Source: Mobula hypostoma
Taxonomy: Eukaryota
Assembly (NCBI RefSeq): GCF_963921235.1
Contig: NC_086108.1
Location: 107,572,001 to 107,636,000, forward strand
Length of the DNA: 64,000 nt
Direction of reading: 5' to 3'
A model generated the notes under the pieces. The model searched no databases. It was not told the DNA's origin and worked only from the letters and a program-made list of their open reading frames with translations. Of this stretch, positions 1 through 12,185 are shown one piece after another; position 1 is the stretch's first letter; every line of letters begins with the position of its first letter. The position numbers and the translations under genes were made by a program.

Positions 1-180
1 ATTCTCAGCAAATTCTGCCAGATTGTACCATGTAGTGACATTACATTTTAGACTCAAACCATCAAGTAAAATCCTCTGAGGATCCCTTTGACCTTCAACC
101 TTTGAGCTCATCTTCCATTCACCTATTCTTGAAGGATAAAGAGATTGACTATCTACCCTCTCTATCCCTTCATAATTTTC

Positions 181-880
181 AGTATCTAACATAGTCATGA
201 AATTTGATGGTTTGCAGTAGCAGTACAGTGCAATGTATAAACTATACTCTAAATTATGATAAGAAATATATATTTAATAATTCGTGCAGAAAGAAAACAA
301 AGTTAGTGAGGTAGTGTTTATGGATGTATGGACCATTCAGAAATCTGATGATGGAAGGGAAGAGCTGTTCCTAAAACTTTGGGTGTGTGTTTTCCAGCTC
401 CTGTACGTCCTTCTGATGGTAGTAATGAGAAGAGGTTTAGGGCCCTTAATGACAGATGTTGCCTTCATGAAGTGTCGCCTTATTTAAATGTTCTGGTTGG
501 CAGGGAGGCTGGTGTCCATGATGGAGATGGCCGCTTACAATCCTCTGCAGCTTGTTCCCACCCAGTGCATTGACCCCGCTATACCAGATGGTGATGCAAC
601 CAGTTAGAGTGCTCTCCGTGGTACGTTTGTAGAAACCTGGTCGTCTTTGGTGGCAGACCAAATCTCTTCAAACTTCTAATGAAATCTAGCCACTGGTGTG
701 GCTCCTTTGTAATTGCATCAATAAGTTGTGCCCGGGGGGGATAGATCTTCAGAGATGTTGACACCCAGAAACTTGAATCTGCTCATCTTTTCCACTGCCG
801 ACCCCTCAATGAGGACTGGTGTGTGTTCCCTCGACTTCCTCTTCCTGACATCCACAATCAACCCCTTGATCTAACTTACA
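181..880 (-). mobile_element. Rex1/Babar-type LINE 3' fragment, decayed
   Basis: Minus-strand peptides (FYKRTTESTLTGCITIWYS) match the C-terminus of the better-preserved copy at 23423-23743; followed by the family's AT-rich 3' UTR. Confidence 0.7.
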
Positions 881-953
881 TTTGCCTTGCCTTTCCAAGT
901 GAAGGTAAACCTTGACTATTAGAATTATTTCCAAAAGATTCCCTTCCAATCCA

Positions 954-1088
954 AGCAACAGGAATTCTGCAGATGCTGAAAATTCAAGCAACACACATCA
1001 AAGTTGCTGGTGAACGCAGCAGGCCAGGCAGCATCTCTAGGAAGAGGTACAGTCGACGTTTCAGGCTGAGACCCTTCGTCAGGACTTG
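954..1088 (-). mobile_element. Penelope-like element pLTR end, inserted with a 13-bp TSD
   Basis: CCCTTCCAATCCA at 941-953 and 1089-1101; the insert matches the PLE 3' end at 41370-41470. Confidence 0.8.
1051..1086 (-). ncRNA. Minimal type I hammerhead ribozyme, core intact
   Basis: Minus strand reads AGUC-CUGACGA-AGG(GUCUCAG)CCU-GAAAC-GUC^-GACU: stem I AGUC/GACU, stem II AGG/CCU, palindromic ACGU stem III. Confidence 0.8.
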
Positions 1089-1149
1089 CCCTTCCAATCC
1101 ATTTTGGTTTCCAAGAATCTGGACCCGCCAGACTTTCTTTTTTTGATTT

Positions 1150-1605
1150 AATCAAAAACCAACCCAAAGATAAAGACAGTCTACAGGATTTGCTTGTTGC
1201 CTTTCGCCACCACCTATTGCGGCCGCCCAGGGAAGCAGTTGGCGAAGGCAATGTGGAAGAGAGAGGAGGTGCGGCGGGTGCAGGGAATCCGTGCTGGGTT
1301 GGAGGCTGGCCCCTCTCGTTGGTGTTACTCCATTGTGTTCACTCCCAGGCAGACGAGCTGGATTCTTGCAGACACGTGGCTCCGGGACAACATCCCGTGC
1401 ATCATCAATCTACAGACCATGCCGCCCAGGAACTCAGGCTATTTTACTAATTTTTGTGACTGTTTCTTCTATTATCATAACTATATGTGCTGTGTGTGAC
1501 TGTATGCTCTGATGAGTTTTACACCTTGGCCCCAGGGGAATACTGTTTTGTTCAGCGGTATACACATGTGAGGTTGACTGACAATTAAATTTGAGCTTGA
1601 ACTTG
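1150..1605 (+). mobile_element. Internally deleted Rex1/Babar-like element (ORF N-terminus joined to 3' tail)
   Basis: GIRAGLEAGPSR and DTWLRDNIP resemble the N-terminal/APE 'ETWL' region; ends in a (TTGAAC)-like tail. Confidence 0.45.
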
Positions 1606-2029
1606 ATGGCAGCCCTTATCGAATCTAAACCAACACTGATCTACTGGAAAGCATAGTGCAGTTCACCTACGTTGCAATGAGGTGTAACTGAGTTATTTAT
1701 AATACCAGGTGATAGGTACCTTGGCAGGGCATCGATGCACAGCTCGGGATATGAACAATTTAATCACTGGAGATTAACTAATGAGACATTTATCTTTATA
1801 TTTAACACTTTTATGGTGGGAAATTTTCAGTTTTATGAGTCCCTCCTGATCCAGGCTGCAATCAGTTGGAAGGGAGACTCTAAAATGCTCTCCGCATCAC
1901 AAGTAGACGTTATGTCATCTAAAACTGAACTCCCTGCGTCCCAAATGAAACTACTCCGTTTGCTCCTTGTTCCCTGTGTTCTGTTCCAGAACTGAATCAT
2001 TCAACCGTAGGAAACTTGCAATGTACTGT

Positions 2030-2870
2030 AAGCCAACACATCGTCAGCAAAACCAAAGATCTGATGATTAACTACAGGAGGAAGAAACTGGGGGCCCTTG
2101 AGCGAGTGCTTATTAGGGGATAGGAGATAGAGAGGGTCAGTAAACCTAAATTCCTGGAGTTATCATATCAAATGATCTGTTCTGGAATCAGCATGTAAGC
2201 ATCATTACAAGGAAAGCATGACAGCACCTCTACTTTCTTTGAACTTTGTGCAGATTTGGCATGTCATCTAAAACTTTAACAAAACTTCCATAGATGCACA
2301 GTGGAGAATATCCTAACTGGTTGCATCTTGGCCTGGTATAGAAACACCAATGCCCAGGAATGGAAAAGCCTATGGAAAAAGTGGTGGATACAGCTCAGTC
2401 CATCTCAAGCAAAATCATTGCCACCATTAAGTATTGCCACAAGAAAGTAACATTCGTCATCAAGCACCCCCACCATCTAGGCCATGCTCTCTTCTCGCTG
2501 CTGCCAACAGGAAGGAGATACAGGAGTCAAGAGAAAATCTGCAGATGCTGGAAATACGAGCAACACACACAAAATGCTGGAGGAACTCAGCAGGCCAGGC
2601 TGTATCCATTGGGAAAAAGCCCAATCGCCGTTTCGGGCTGAAACCCTTCGGCAGGACTACAGTAGTCTTGGGTTCCACACCACCAAGTTCTGGAGCGGTT
2701 ATTACATTTAAACTATACTCATCCTGAACCAGTATGGAAAACTTCACTCCCCTCAAGACTGAACTGGATCCATAACAAATGAATACACTTTAAAGGGCCA
2801 TTTATTTATTTATTTATTTGTTTGTTTTGTTTGTTTGTTAGTTAATGATTTTGTATTTGCACAGCTTGTC
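2030..2870 (+). mobile_element. Rex1/Babar 3' fragment interrupted by a PLE end (about 2528-2658)
   Basis: HLGHALFSLLPTGRRYRS motif; the insert has a degenerate hammerhead on the minus strand at about 2623-2658. Confidence 0.7.
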
Positions 2871-3187
2871 TCTAACTCACCTTTCTGGTGAGCTGTTGCA
2901 CATAATGGTGTTATTCTTGATATTTTTTGTGAAAGATGACTCTGACTAACATGACATTGACCTTCTGGAGTGCAAGATCTCTGTCTCCTAGCTGGTTGTC
3001 AACTGGTATCTCTCAATTGACCTCAGTACTTTAAAATTCCAGCTCTCAAACCACTTCTCCTGACAAAGAAACTATGTTGTAGATTGTTTGCTGACAGAAG
3101 CAGGTAAAGGACAGGACTGTTGTATGGTTTCCAGACTTGGTTATAAAGAATAGTAAATTCACTGAGACACAACTATGTCCATTCATA

Positions 3188-3700
3188 GTGTCACAGAGTC
3201 ATGGAGTACTACAACTCAGAAAGGGCTCCTTCTGCTTACCTAGTCCATGCCAAGCTGTTAATCTGCCTAGCCCCACCAATCTGTACCAGGACCGTGGTCC
3301 TCCAGAGCACTCCCTTCCATGTTCCTGTCCAAATCTATTTTAAATCCTGCAAGCAAACTCAAATCCGCCACTTGCACTGACAGCTCATTCCACAATCTCA
3401 CCACCTCCTCAGTGAAGAAGTTTCCTCTCAGGTTTCCATTATATATTTCACTTTTCACTCCTAACCTATGACCTCTAGTTCTAGTCTCATCCAACCTCAG
3501 TGGAAAAAGCCTGCTTGCATTTACCCTATCTATACCCCTCATAATTATGTATGGCTCTATCAAATCTTCCCTAATTCTCCTACACTCCAGGGAATGAAGT
3601 TCTAACCTATTCAACCTTTGTCTATAACTCGGGCCCTCAAGCCTTGGCAACATCCTTGTAAATTCTCTCTGTACTCTTTCAATCTTATTGATACTTTTCC
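3188..3700 (-). mobile_element. CR1 LINE 3' fragment
   Basis: ORF 3267-3653 carries CR1 C-terminal motifs (LHSLECRRIREDLIE, RTRGH, FFTEEVVRLWN). Confidence 0.85.
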
Positions 3701-4431
3701 AGTTGGGTGTTTTTACTGCCCGTTACATTATTGGCATTAAGGGCAGTAATGAAGGTCCTCCATCTCTGGCACTGTTCAGAGTTTCCTTCATTGTGTCGGT
3801 ATCTGCTTCTCGGTTTTCACTTCTTCAGCCATGCAAGTCCCAGGTGGAGACTCAGGAATACCATCGCACTCAGATGTAGAATGATTCTTCATTGCTGTTT
3901 CCATAATAATTTTGTTTTACCAGTCAAAATTATTAACCCTGAGCTGAACCCCCAAACCTGGAGGACCGGTGGACCACTCTTAGTCTGGCCTCTATCCTTT
4001 AACCGGTTTAGCATGGATGACCCTATCAAGAGCCAAAGCACAAAGCCCTGACTCCAGCCAACATAGCTCTCTGGGTCATTGAGGCACACAAGTCTGCAAA
4101 CCGTGATAAAGTTGTGGCGCTCTTGGAGGATTTCCAATAGGGAGGTGAACAAAGCTGCACACAATCCTCCACATTTGATCTCAACAACATTTGTACAGCT
4201 TCAACTTCAATTTAAATCTCAACTCCTGTACACAATACTCTGATTAATAAAGGCCAACCTGTCTAAAACCCTCGATAATACCCTCTCTACCTGAAAAGCC
4301 ACTTTCAAGGATTATGGATCTGTAGTCCCTTATCCGTGTCCTCACTAAATGTGAGGTGAGAAGAGTTTTTCTTACTGTCTACGGTCCACTGCTGATTGGA
4401 ACTGGTTTATTAATGTCATATGTATGGAAGT

Positions 4432-4736
4432 GTTGGTGCGTGGCCAAGTGGTTAAGGCGTTCGTCTAGTGATTTGAAGGTCGCTAGTTTGAACCTTGGCT
4501 GAGGCAGCGTGTGTGTCCTTGAGCAAGGCACTTAACCACACATTGCTCTGCGACAACACCGGTGCCAAGCTGTATGGGTCCTAATGCCCTTCCCTTGGAC
4601 AACATTGGTGTCGTGGAGAGGGGAGACTTGCAGCATGGGCAACTGCTGGTCTTCCATACAACCTTGCCCAGGCCTGCGCCCTGGAAACCTTCCAAGGCGC
4701 AAATCCATAGTCTCATGAGACTAACGGATGCCTATA
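4432..4736 (+). mobile_element. tRNA-derived CORE-SINE with RTE-like 3' part (copy 1 of 3)
   Basis: A box TGGCCAAGTGG; B-box-like GTTTGAACC; CORE-like GTGTCCTTGAGCAAGGCACTTAAC; similar copies at 47946-48257 and 62697-63005. Confidence 0.8.
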
Positions 4737-5227
4737 TAAGAATGAACAGCTTGCCCTGTACACTGTTCATACTGATCAACTCATTATGCAGTACATTGAG
4801 GGAAAACGATAAAAGAATGCAGAATAAAGTGTAACAACTGCAGAGAAAGTGCAGTGCAGGCAGGCAATAAGGTGCAGGGTTATAATGAAGTAGACTGTCT
4901 GGTCAGGAATCCATCTTATTGTAGAAGGGAACCATTAAAGTCTGATAACAATGGGGCTTGGTGGAGCTTGTATCTGGTTGTATGTTCTTTCAGGCTTTTG
5001 TATCTTCCACCAGTGGGGTCAGGAGAAGAAAGGATGTCTAGGGTGGGTGAGGTCTGTCATTATTCTGGCTGCTTTTCTGAGGCACAGAGAGTCCATGGAG
5101 GGTAGTTTGGTTCCTGTGATGTGTTGAGCTGTGTATACAACTGTCTGCAGTTCCTTGTGGCCACGTGCAGTGCAGTTGTCGTAACAAATCATTATGCATT
5201 CAGGAATTAACTGAGACAATGTTAATT

Positions 5228-5450
5228 TTATTTATTTATTGAGATACAGCACAAAATAGGCCCTTTGAGCTGTGCCGCCAGCAACCCCATGATTTAACCC
5301 TAGTCTAATCACAGGATTATTTACAATGACCAATTAAACTACTAACCGGTATGAGTTTGGACTGTGGGAGGAGACCCATGCGGTCACAGGGAGAACGTAC
5401 AAACTCCTTACAGAGAGCAGCGGGAATTGAACCTGGGTTGCTGGGACTAT
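5228..5450 (-). mobile_element. V-SINE-like element
   Basis: Reverse complement of the family seen at 54596-54903, with a (TTTA)n tail. Confidence 0.65.
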
Positions 5451-5779
5451 AAGGACAGTTGTAGAAGTCCATGGATAGGAAAGGTTTGAAGGACACCCCC
5501 CCCCCCCATCCTGACCATGCTCTCTTCTCATTACTGCCATCGCTACCAGCTGATGAGACGGGAGAAGAGAGGATGTCCAGGGTGTGTGGGGCCTGTGATT
5601 ACACAGGCTGCTTTACTAAGATAGTGAGAAGTGTAGACTGGTTTCTGTGAAGAGTTGATCCGTGAATGGGGATTTAAAAACCTCTGTCTCAATATCCTGA
5701 GTATAAAAATCCATCATTAAACCCCTTAAAGAGGTGTAAAAACTTTTAAATGAAGCCCCGTCCCATCTAATTTGACCAG

Positions 5780-5890
5780 GATGCTCTAAGAAGCCGCGTT
5801 CAGTAAGTCCCTCCGTTGGTCGGGGCCAATGATCACTGGAAACCTGTGCGGGGGCGCTTTTAAAGCGAAAAAGCTATTGCACTGGGACAG
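5780..5890 (+). promoter_or_regulatory. Possible promoter or first-exon island
   Basis: Apparently unique, locally CpG-richer segment with GTAAGT at 5803, a CCAAT motif near 5827, GGGGGCG and TTTTAAA. Confidence 0.2.
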
Positions 5891-6897
5891 TTCCACCCTC
5901 TCAATCTCAAAAGTCCAGATCCAGTGATGCAAGTAGTGGGGTCTTCCTTGGCTGCAGTGGATGACCATGACTTCTTCTGTGTCTTGACATGCCTGTTGTT
6001 CTCCACGAAGCGTTACAGAGCTGCCTTCCTGGCTGTTGGATCTCACTGTAGATGATATTGGCCCAGTCTGCCGGAGCTAGGATAGGCACGTCCATAACTC
6101 ACCGAGATGTGGATCACGCAGTCTATCCTTGCCTGATTTAGCCTGCCTCTCGAAGTGGTGTACCAGGGCGTGTGTAGCTGCTGTCGCATGCAAACAGCTA
6201 CTTGGAGCCACAGGTGAGAGCTGAGTGTTCGGTGGGGCCCAAAGGTGAAATGGGGACAGGAATTAAAATGGTTAGCCACCACGAAATTTTGCTTTTTGCA
6301 GATGGAACAGAGTCATTGGCCACTTGTTCCTTGACAAGTTCCATGTGTTAATTAACTCTTCCCCTAAGAGTTAATTAATTTTGAAATGTAGTTCGGAATT
6401 GCACTAAGAATCCTCGGCGTTGGCACAGAATACAGTAATTAATTTTGCGTTTTAGCACAAATCTAATTTACATTTAAACATAAGTTTAAATTTGTTAAAC
6501 TGGAAAATTTAATTTATGAAAATTATAATTTGGATAAATAATGCAGTTCGTTGATGGGGCCTTTTAGGAAAAATATTGAACATTAGCTTGGTGTGCATTG
6601 AATGTAATAAAATAATGTGTTCTGCTTGAGAGGAAGACAAATTAGAGTTTTGAAAAATAGACTAATGATTAGTGCTTCTGAATTATTTATTCCAAGCTGT
6701 TTGTCATGAAAGGCCGCAGAATAAATCATTCAAAATAATTGTAAATGTATGTCTAGCAGGTCTTGTGTAAGAGCCTGGATAAAATGGCTCTATTTTGGGA
6801 TTTCTCAATAACTCTCCGGTGAAGGCAATGTGCCACAAAGACAGTGAATGTCACAGAGTTCACGAGCCAGACTGCGCTCAAACATTTTGATGTGGAG

Positions 6898-7569
6898 ATT
6901 CACACTCTAAATGCTGGAGCAACTCAGCAGATCTTGCAGCATCTTTGGAGGGGAATAAACAGTCGATGTTTCAGGCCAAAACCCTTCATTGGGACTGGAA
7001 AGAAAGGGAAGAACACAAAATATGAAGATAGGTGGGGGTGTTGGAGAACAAGAAGGCAGGTGATAAGGGAGCACAGATGTCCATCCACTTCAGTTTGACT
7101 TTTCACCTTTTAAGCCATCTGGGTAGATTCCAACCTGATGGCATGAACATCGATTTCTCAAACCTCCAGTGATTTCTTCCTACCCCCCCCCTTAGCATTC
7201 TCCATTCTGGTTTCCCTCTAACTCCTTTTACTCACCTGCTCATCTCCTCCCACTGCTGTCTCCCCTCCTCCCATTTCTTCCATGGTCTACTGCTCTATCC
7301 TGTCAGATTCCTCCTCCTTCAGCCTTTTACCTCTTCCACCTATCTTCTCCCAGCTTCTTACTTCATCCCCTCTACCCCACCCACTGACCTACTTTCCCCG
7401 CAGCTGGCTTCACCTATCACCTGCCGTCTTGAACTCCTTCCCCTCCTCCCACTGTTTTATCCTGGCTTCCTCCTGCTTCCTTTCCAGTCCTGGTGAAGGG
7501 TCTCAGCCCAAAACGTCAGCTATTTATTCCCCTCCATAGATGCTGCCTGACCTGCTGTGTTCCTCCAGC

Positions 7570-7604
<35 letters not shown>

Positions 7605-7640
7605 CTCAAGATTTCCAGTGTCTGCAGACCCTCTTTTGTT
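6898..7640 (+). mobile_element. Penelope-like element 3' fragment with inverted partial pLTR at its 5' side
   Basis: About 7115-7165 encodes a GIY-YIG-type C-terminus (QPDGMNIDFSN); degenerate hammerheads at 6961-6996 (-) and 7486-7521 (+). Confidence 0.7.
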
Positions 7641-7670
7641 TTTGATGTGATGATTTATTTGGGATAACAG

Positions 7671-7703
<33 letters not shown>

Positions 7704-7790
7704 CTCAAGATTTCCAGCATCTGCAGACTCTCTTTTGTTTTTGATGTGGTGATTTAGTTGGGTAATAGACTCTGTGTATGTGTGTTTTTT
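7570..7790. repeat. Tandem duplication of about 100 bp containing (TG)n
   Basis: The unit (TG)n-TTTCTCAAGATTTCCAG...AACAG occurs at 7570-7670 and 7671-7768, with the start of a third. Confidence 0.9.
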
Positions 7791-8444
7791 TTTAATAAGG
7801 GAGACATTTTATAGCTGGATTTCAATGAATTGAGCTGAACCTGGAATTTCCGGGTGAACAAGGCATGCATGTTTTAGTTGAAGCTTGCATGCAAGCCTCC
7901 AGAACTTGTTGTCCCCACCACCCGACACTGGGGACATGGGTATTGAATAGAGTCTGTGTCCGAGGTAGGCCCTGAGTGCATAGGTCAATAAAAAATAAGT
8001 TCATATAGGGCATTCTGGAAGGAAGTTGTAGGATAAAAAAGCTGGAAATAAAATTGTAGGGTGCTAGAGACTGAATGGTGGAGAATTGCATACAACACGT
8101 GTCATTGAAGAAAAGGCACAGCAGAAAGTTAATGAATCGATGTACAGGAAGGATATTGAAAATTTGATTGAATAGTGCTACGACAGCCTCTTATTCAACA
8201 GGCAAAACCATGTTTTACTGCAAAGCCAAAAAGCTACAGAAGGAAGAAGGCAGCACTCCATGAGCCAGTACTCATTAGGGGAACCAAGGTGGAGACGGTC
8301 AGTAGCTTCAAATTCCTTGATGTTAACATAAGAGGCTGTGCCCTGGGACCAGCACATGAATGTCATTATGAAGAAGGCACATCAGTGCCTGTATGTTTTT
8401 GAAGGTACAGTGGAAAAAAAAATGTTTTGCATGCTGTGTATGAG

Positions 8445-8720
8445 TGGGCTGCCACAATAGTGTTTTGGTTGGCACAGCACATCACAGTACATGCAACCCG
8501 GGTTTAATTCCCGCTGCTGCCTGTAAGGAGTTTGTATGTTCTGCCCATGACCACACGGCTTTCCTCCGGGTGCTCCGGTTTCCTCCCTCAGTCCAAGGAC
8601 CTAAATTGTCCCATGATTAGGTTAGGTCTAAATTGGGGGTTGCTGTGTGGCACGACTCAAAGAATCAGATGGGGCCTACTCCTTGCTGTATCTCAACCAA
8701 TCAATCAATCAATAAATAAG
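8445..8720 (+). mobile_element. V-SINE-like element
   Basis: V-domain-like TTTCCTCCGGGTGCTCCGGTTTCCTCCC and a (AATC/AATA)n tail. Confidence 0.7.
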
Positions 8721-9100
8721 TTTGCCGAGGTTTGGTATGTCTGCAAAATCTTTGGCAAACTTCTACTGATGCGCAGTGGAGAGTATCCAGACTGGTTGTG
8801 TCATGGACTGGTTTGGAAACACCTATATCCACAAAAGTTTTCAGAAAGTAGTGACCACATCCCAGCCCATCACAGGGAAAGGCCTCCTTACCGCTGAGCA
8901 CATTTGAGTGTAGTGGAGCGTGACCTCTGAACTCTGATGCTGTCCATGCTTTCTCTTTGTGCTCTGTTACAGTGCTCCCTCTGTAGCAAGCAAATTAGAC
9001 TGATTCTTTTATCATCTTCTGAGTTTTGCTAATATGTAAAACTTGTGAGCTGTTGATATCCAGCAGTGTATCAAAACTTCAAACAAGAAAATATCATGAA

Positions 9101-9729
9101 GGCGGGAGGAGAAGATGGTGGCGCGACGCAGCGCGCGCAGGTCTCTGGTGAAATGATATCATATTTGTAAGTAGGATGCCGTGCACAATTCTGATTTAAT
9201 GGAGACAGATGTGAGAAGCAGAGGAACCTCTGGAGAAATTTCTAAAATGCCCGGTTCGCAGCCACTGCTACTGTGCGATCAAGAATCTCTGGAGGGAAGG
9301 CCCCAAAACCCTCGGCTTTGCCTGCTGCTGGCGACCGAGGCTGAGGTTGAAGCGTTCGGCAGAGATGGTCCTCGGTACTCAGTGTCGGAGGGCTGATCGG
9401 ATCTTGAAGTTTTCAGACGACTCAGAGTCGGACGGTGTTCGGGCTTGGCAGGGAGAGTTTTCTTCTTTCTCCCGTCTGTGTGAGATGTGGAACTTTTGAG
9501 AGACTTTGAACTTTTTTACTGTGCCATGGCCTGTTCTTCATCAAGTTATGGTATTGTTGCACTGTTGTAACTATATGTTATAATTATGTGTTTTTTGTTA
9601 GTTTTTCTGTCTTGGTCAGTCCTGTGTTTCTGTGATATCACACCAGAGGAATACTGTATCATTTCTTAATGCATGCATTACTAAATGACAGTAAAAGAGG
9701 ACTGCGTGTCCTCATAATCTAATCTAATC
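9101..9729 (+). mobile_element. CpG-retaining non-autonomous retroelement with (TAATC)n tail
   Basis: 5' AAGATGG(T)GGCGCGACGCAGCGCGCG head, CpG-rich body, 3' ATAATCTAATCTAATC; no ORF homology seen. Confidence 0.55.
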
Positions 9730-10073
9730 ATCAAAAAATTCTTTTTTCAAAGAAAGTTGCATGGCATGTGGATTTATTACAATTAACATACATTGTGAAT
9801 GAGTACCTGCTCTTAAGTAGCTAAAAATGACAACCAGAATAAAGTCAAAGTTCAAAGTTCAATGTATGTATATGTCACCATATACAACTCTGAGGTTTGT
9901 TTACATGTGAGCACACTCAATAAATCAGTAACAGGATAATAATCAGAATAGAATCACTGAAAGACCGCACCAACTTGGGTGTTCAAACAGTATGCAAAAA
10001 AAAACAACAAACTATGCAAGTACAAAAAAAAAGAAATAATAATAATACATAAATAAATAAACAATAAATATCA

Positions 10074-10411
10074 CACATCAAAGTTGCTGGTGAACGCAGC
10101 AGGCCAGGCAGCATCTGTAGGAAGAGGTGCAGTCGACGTTTCAGGCCGAGACCCTTCGTCAGGACTAACTGAAAGAAGAGCTGAAAGAAGATTTGAAAGT
10201 TGGAGGGGGAGGGGGAGATCCAAAATGACAGGAGAAGACAGGAGGGGGAGGGATGGAGCCAAGAGCTGGACAGGTGATTGGCAAAGGAAATATGAGAGGA
10301 TCATGGGACAGGAGGTCCGGGAAGAAAGACGGGGGGAGGGGGCGCGGAAACCAGAGGATGGGCAAGGGGTATTCCAGCATCTGCAGAATTCCTGTTGTTT
10401 GCGTTTTTAAA
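10074..10411 (-). mobile_element. PLE pLTR insertion with internal inversion and 15-bp TSD
   Basis: AAACAATAAATATCA at 10059-10073 and 10412-10426; the last ~35 bp are the pLTR tail in the opposite orientation. Confidence 0.8.
10131..10166 (-). ncRNA. Minimal type I hammerhead ribozyme, core intact
   Basis: AGUC-CUGACGA-AGG(GUCUCGG)CCU-GAAAC-GUC^-GACU. Confidence 0.8.
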
Positions 10412-11232
10412 AAACAATAAATATCAATAGCATAAGATGAAGAGTCTATAAAAGGGAGCATTTCAATGATGAGGCAAGTGAAGTTACCCCCTTTGGTCCA
10501 AAAGCCTGATGATTAAGGGGTAATAACTGTTCCTAAACCTAGCGGTATGAGTTTTGAGACCCCTGTACCTTCTTCCAAATGGCAGGTAGTGAGAAGTGAG
10601 CTTGACCTGGGTGGTAGGAGTCCTCAACGATGGACGTCGCTTTGCTGCAACAATGCTCCGTGTAGATGTACTCAGTGGTGGGGACAGCCTTACCCTTGAC
10701 GGACTGGGCCGAATCCACTACTTCTTGTAGGATTTTCCATTCAAAGCCATTGGATTTTCCATAGCAGGCTGTGATAGAGCCAGTTAGTACGCTCTCCACC
10801 ACACATCTGTAGAAGTTTGTCAAGGTTTTAGATGTCATGCCGAATGTTTGCCAACTACTAAGGAAGGAGAAGCACTGGTGTGCTTTATTTGTGATTGCAC
10901 TTGCGTGTTGTGCCCAGGGCTGGGCCTCCAAAATGACAATATGGAGGAGCATAAGACCACAAGACATAGCAGAATCAGGCCATTTGGCCCATCAAGTCTG
11001 CTCTGCCATTGAATCATGGCTGATCCTTTTCTCCCCCTCCTCAGCCTTCTCCCCGTAATCTTTGATGCCGTGTCTAATCAAGTAATTATCAAGGCCTACC
11101 TTAAATACACACAATAATCTGGCCTCCACAGCTGCCTGTGGTAATAATTTCCACAAATTCACTACTCCCTGGTGAACTTAAAGTTACTGACCCTCTCCAA
11201 CTCGGATCCTCCAATGAGCACTGGCTCATTTA

Positions 11233-11349
11233 CGCAAACACGAGGAAATCTGCAGATGCTGAAGGGTCTCGGCCCGAAACGTAGACTGTACCTCTGCCTG
11301 GAGATGCTGCCTGGCCTGCTGCGTTCACCAGTCACTTTTGATGTGTGTT
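11233..11349. mobile_element. PLE pLTR insertion with inversion and 13-bp TSD
   Basis: ACTGGCTCATTTA at 11220-11232 and 11350-11362; a minus-strand tail is fused to a plus-strand half hammerhead. Confidence 0.8.
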
Positions 11350-12185
11350 ACTGGCTCATTTATCTTTGGTTTACTTCTCCTGAAGTCAATAATCAGTTCC
11401 TTGGTCGTGCTGACATTAAGTAAGAGGTGGTTATTGTGGCACCAGTCAGCCGGATTTTCAATCTCCCTCCTATATGCTGACTCATCTCCACCTTAGCTTC
11501 AGCCGACAGCAGCAATCTTGAATATGACGTTAGAGTTGTACTTAGCCGCACAGTCACAAGTGTAAAGTGAGTAGAGCAGGGGGCTAAGCACACAGCCTTG
11601 TGGTGCACCTGTGCTGATGGAGCTTGTGGAGGAGATGTTGTACAAATCTGAACTGACTGGGGTCTGCAAGTGAGGAGATCGAGGACCCAATTACACAAGG
11701 AGGTATTGTGGCCAAGGCCTTGAGCTTGTTGATTAGTTTTGAGTGGATGATGGAACTGAATGCTGAGCAGTTGTCGATAAAGAACATCCTGATGTATGCA
11801 TTTTTGCTGTCCAGGTGTGCCAGGGTTGAGTGAAATGGCATCCAGTAGGTAAATTGGAGCGGATCCAAGTCATTTCTCAGGCAGGAGTTGATATGTTTCA
11901 TCATCACCCTCTCAAAACACGTAATCCCTATGAATGTAAATTGTACTGGATGATAGTCACCGAGGCAGGTTACCACATTCTCCTTAGGCACTGGTATAAT
12001 TGAAGCCTGCTTGAAGCAGGTGGGCACCTCAGAGTGCCGAAGTGTGGATTTAAAGATTTCCGTGAACACTGCAGCCAGTTGATCAGCATAGGACTTTAGA
12101 ACTTGGCCTGGAACCCCTTCGGGGCTTGATGCTGTTTATGGCTTCAGCATCCTGAAGTTTGCTCCCACATTGGCCTCAGAGACTG

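Larger units (their letters stand above)
9841..12185 (-). mobile_element. Rex1/Babar LINE, RT to 3' end, with nested insertions
   Basis: ORFs 11584-12069 (PTCFKQASIIPVPK, LDPLQF), 11499-11690 ([17 protein letters not shown]) and 10539-10967; hosts two PLE inserts and a CR1 tail (about 10945-11172). Confidence 0.85.

Noticed and set aside
4432..4505. tRNA gene
   Set aside because: The tRNA-like head continues into CORE and SINE body in three dispersed copies, one with a TSD.
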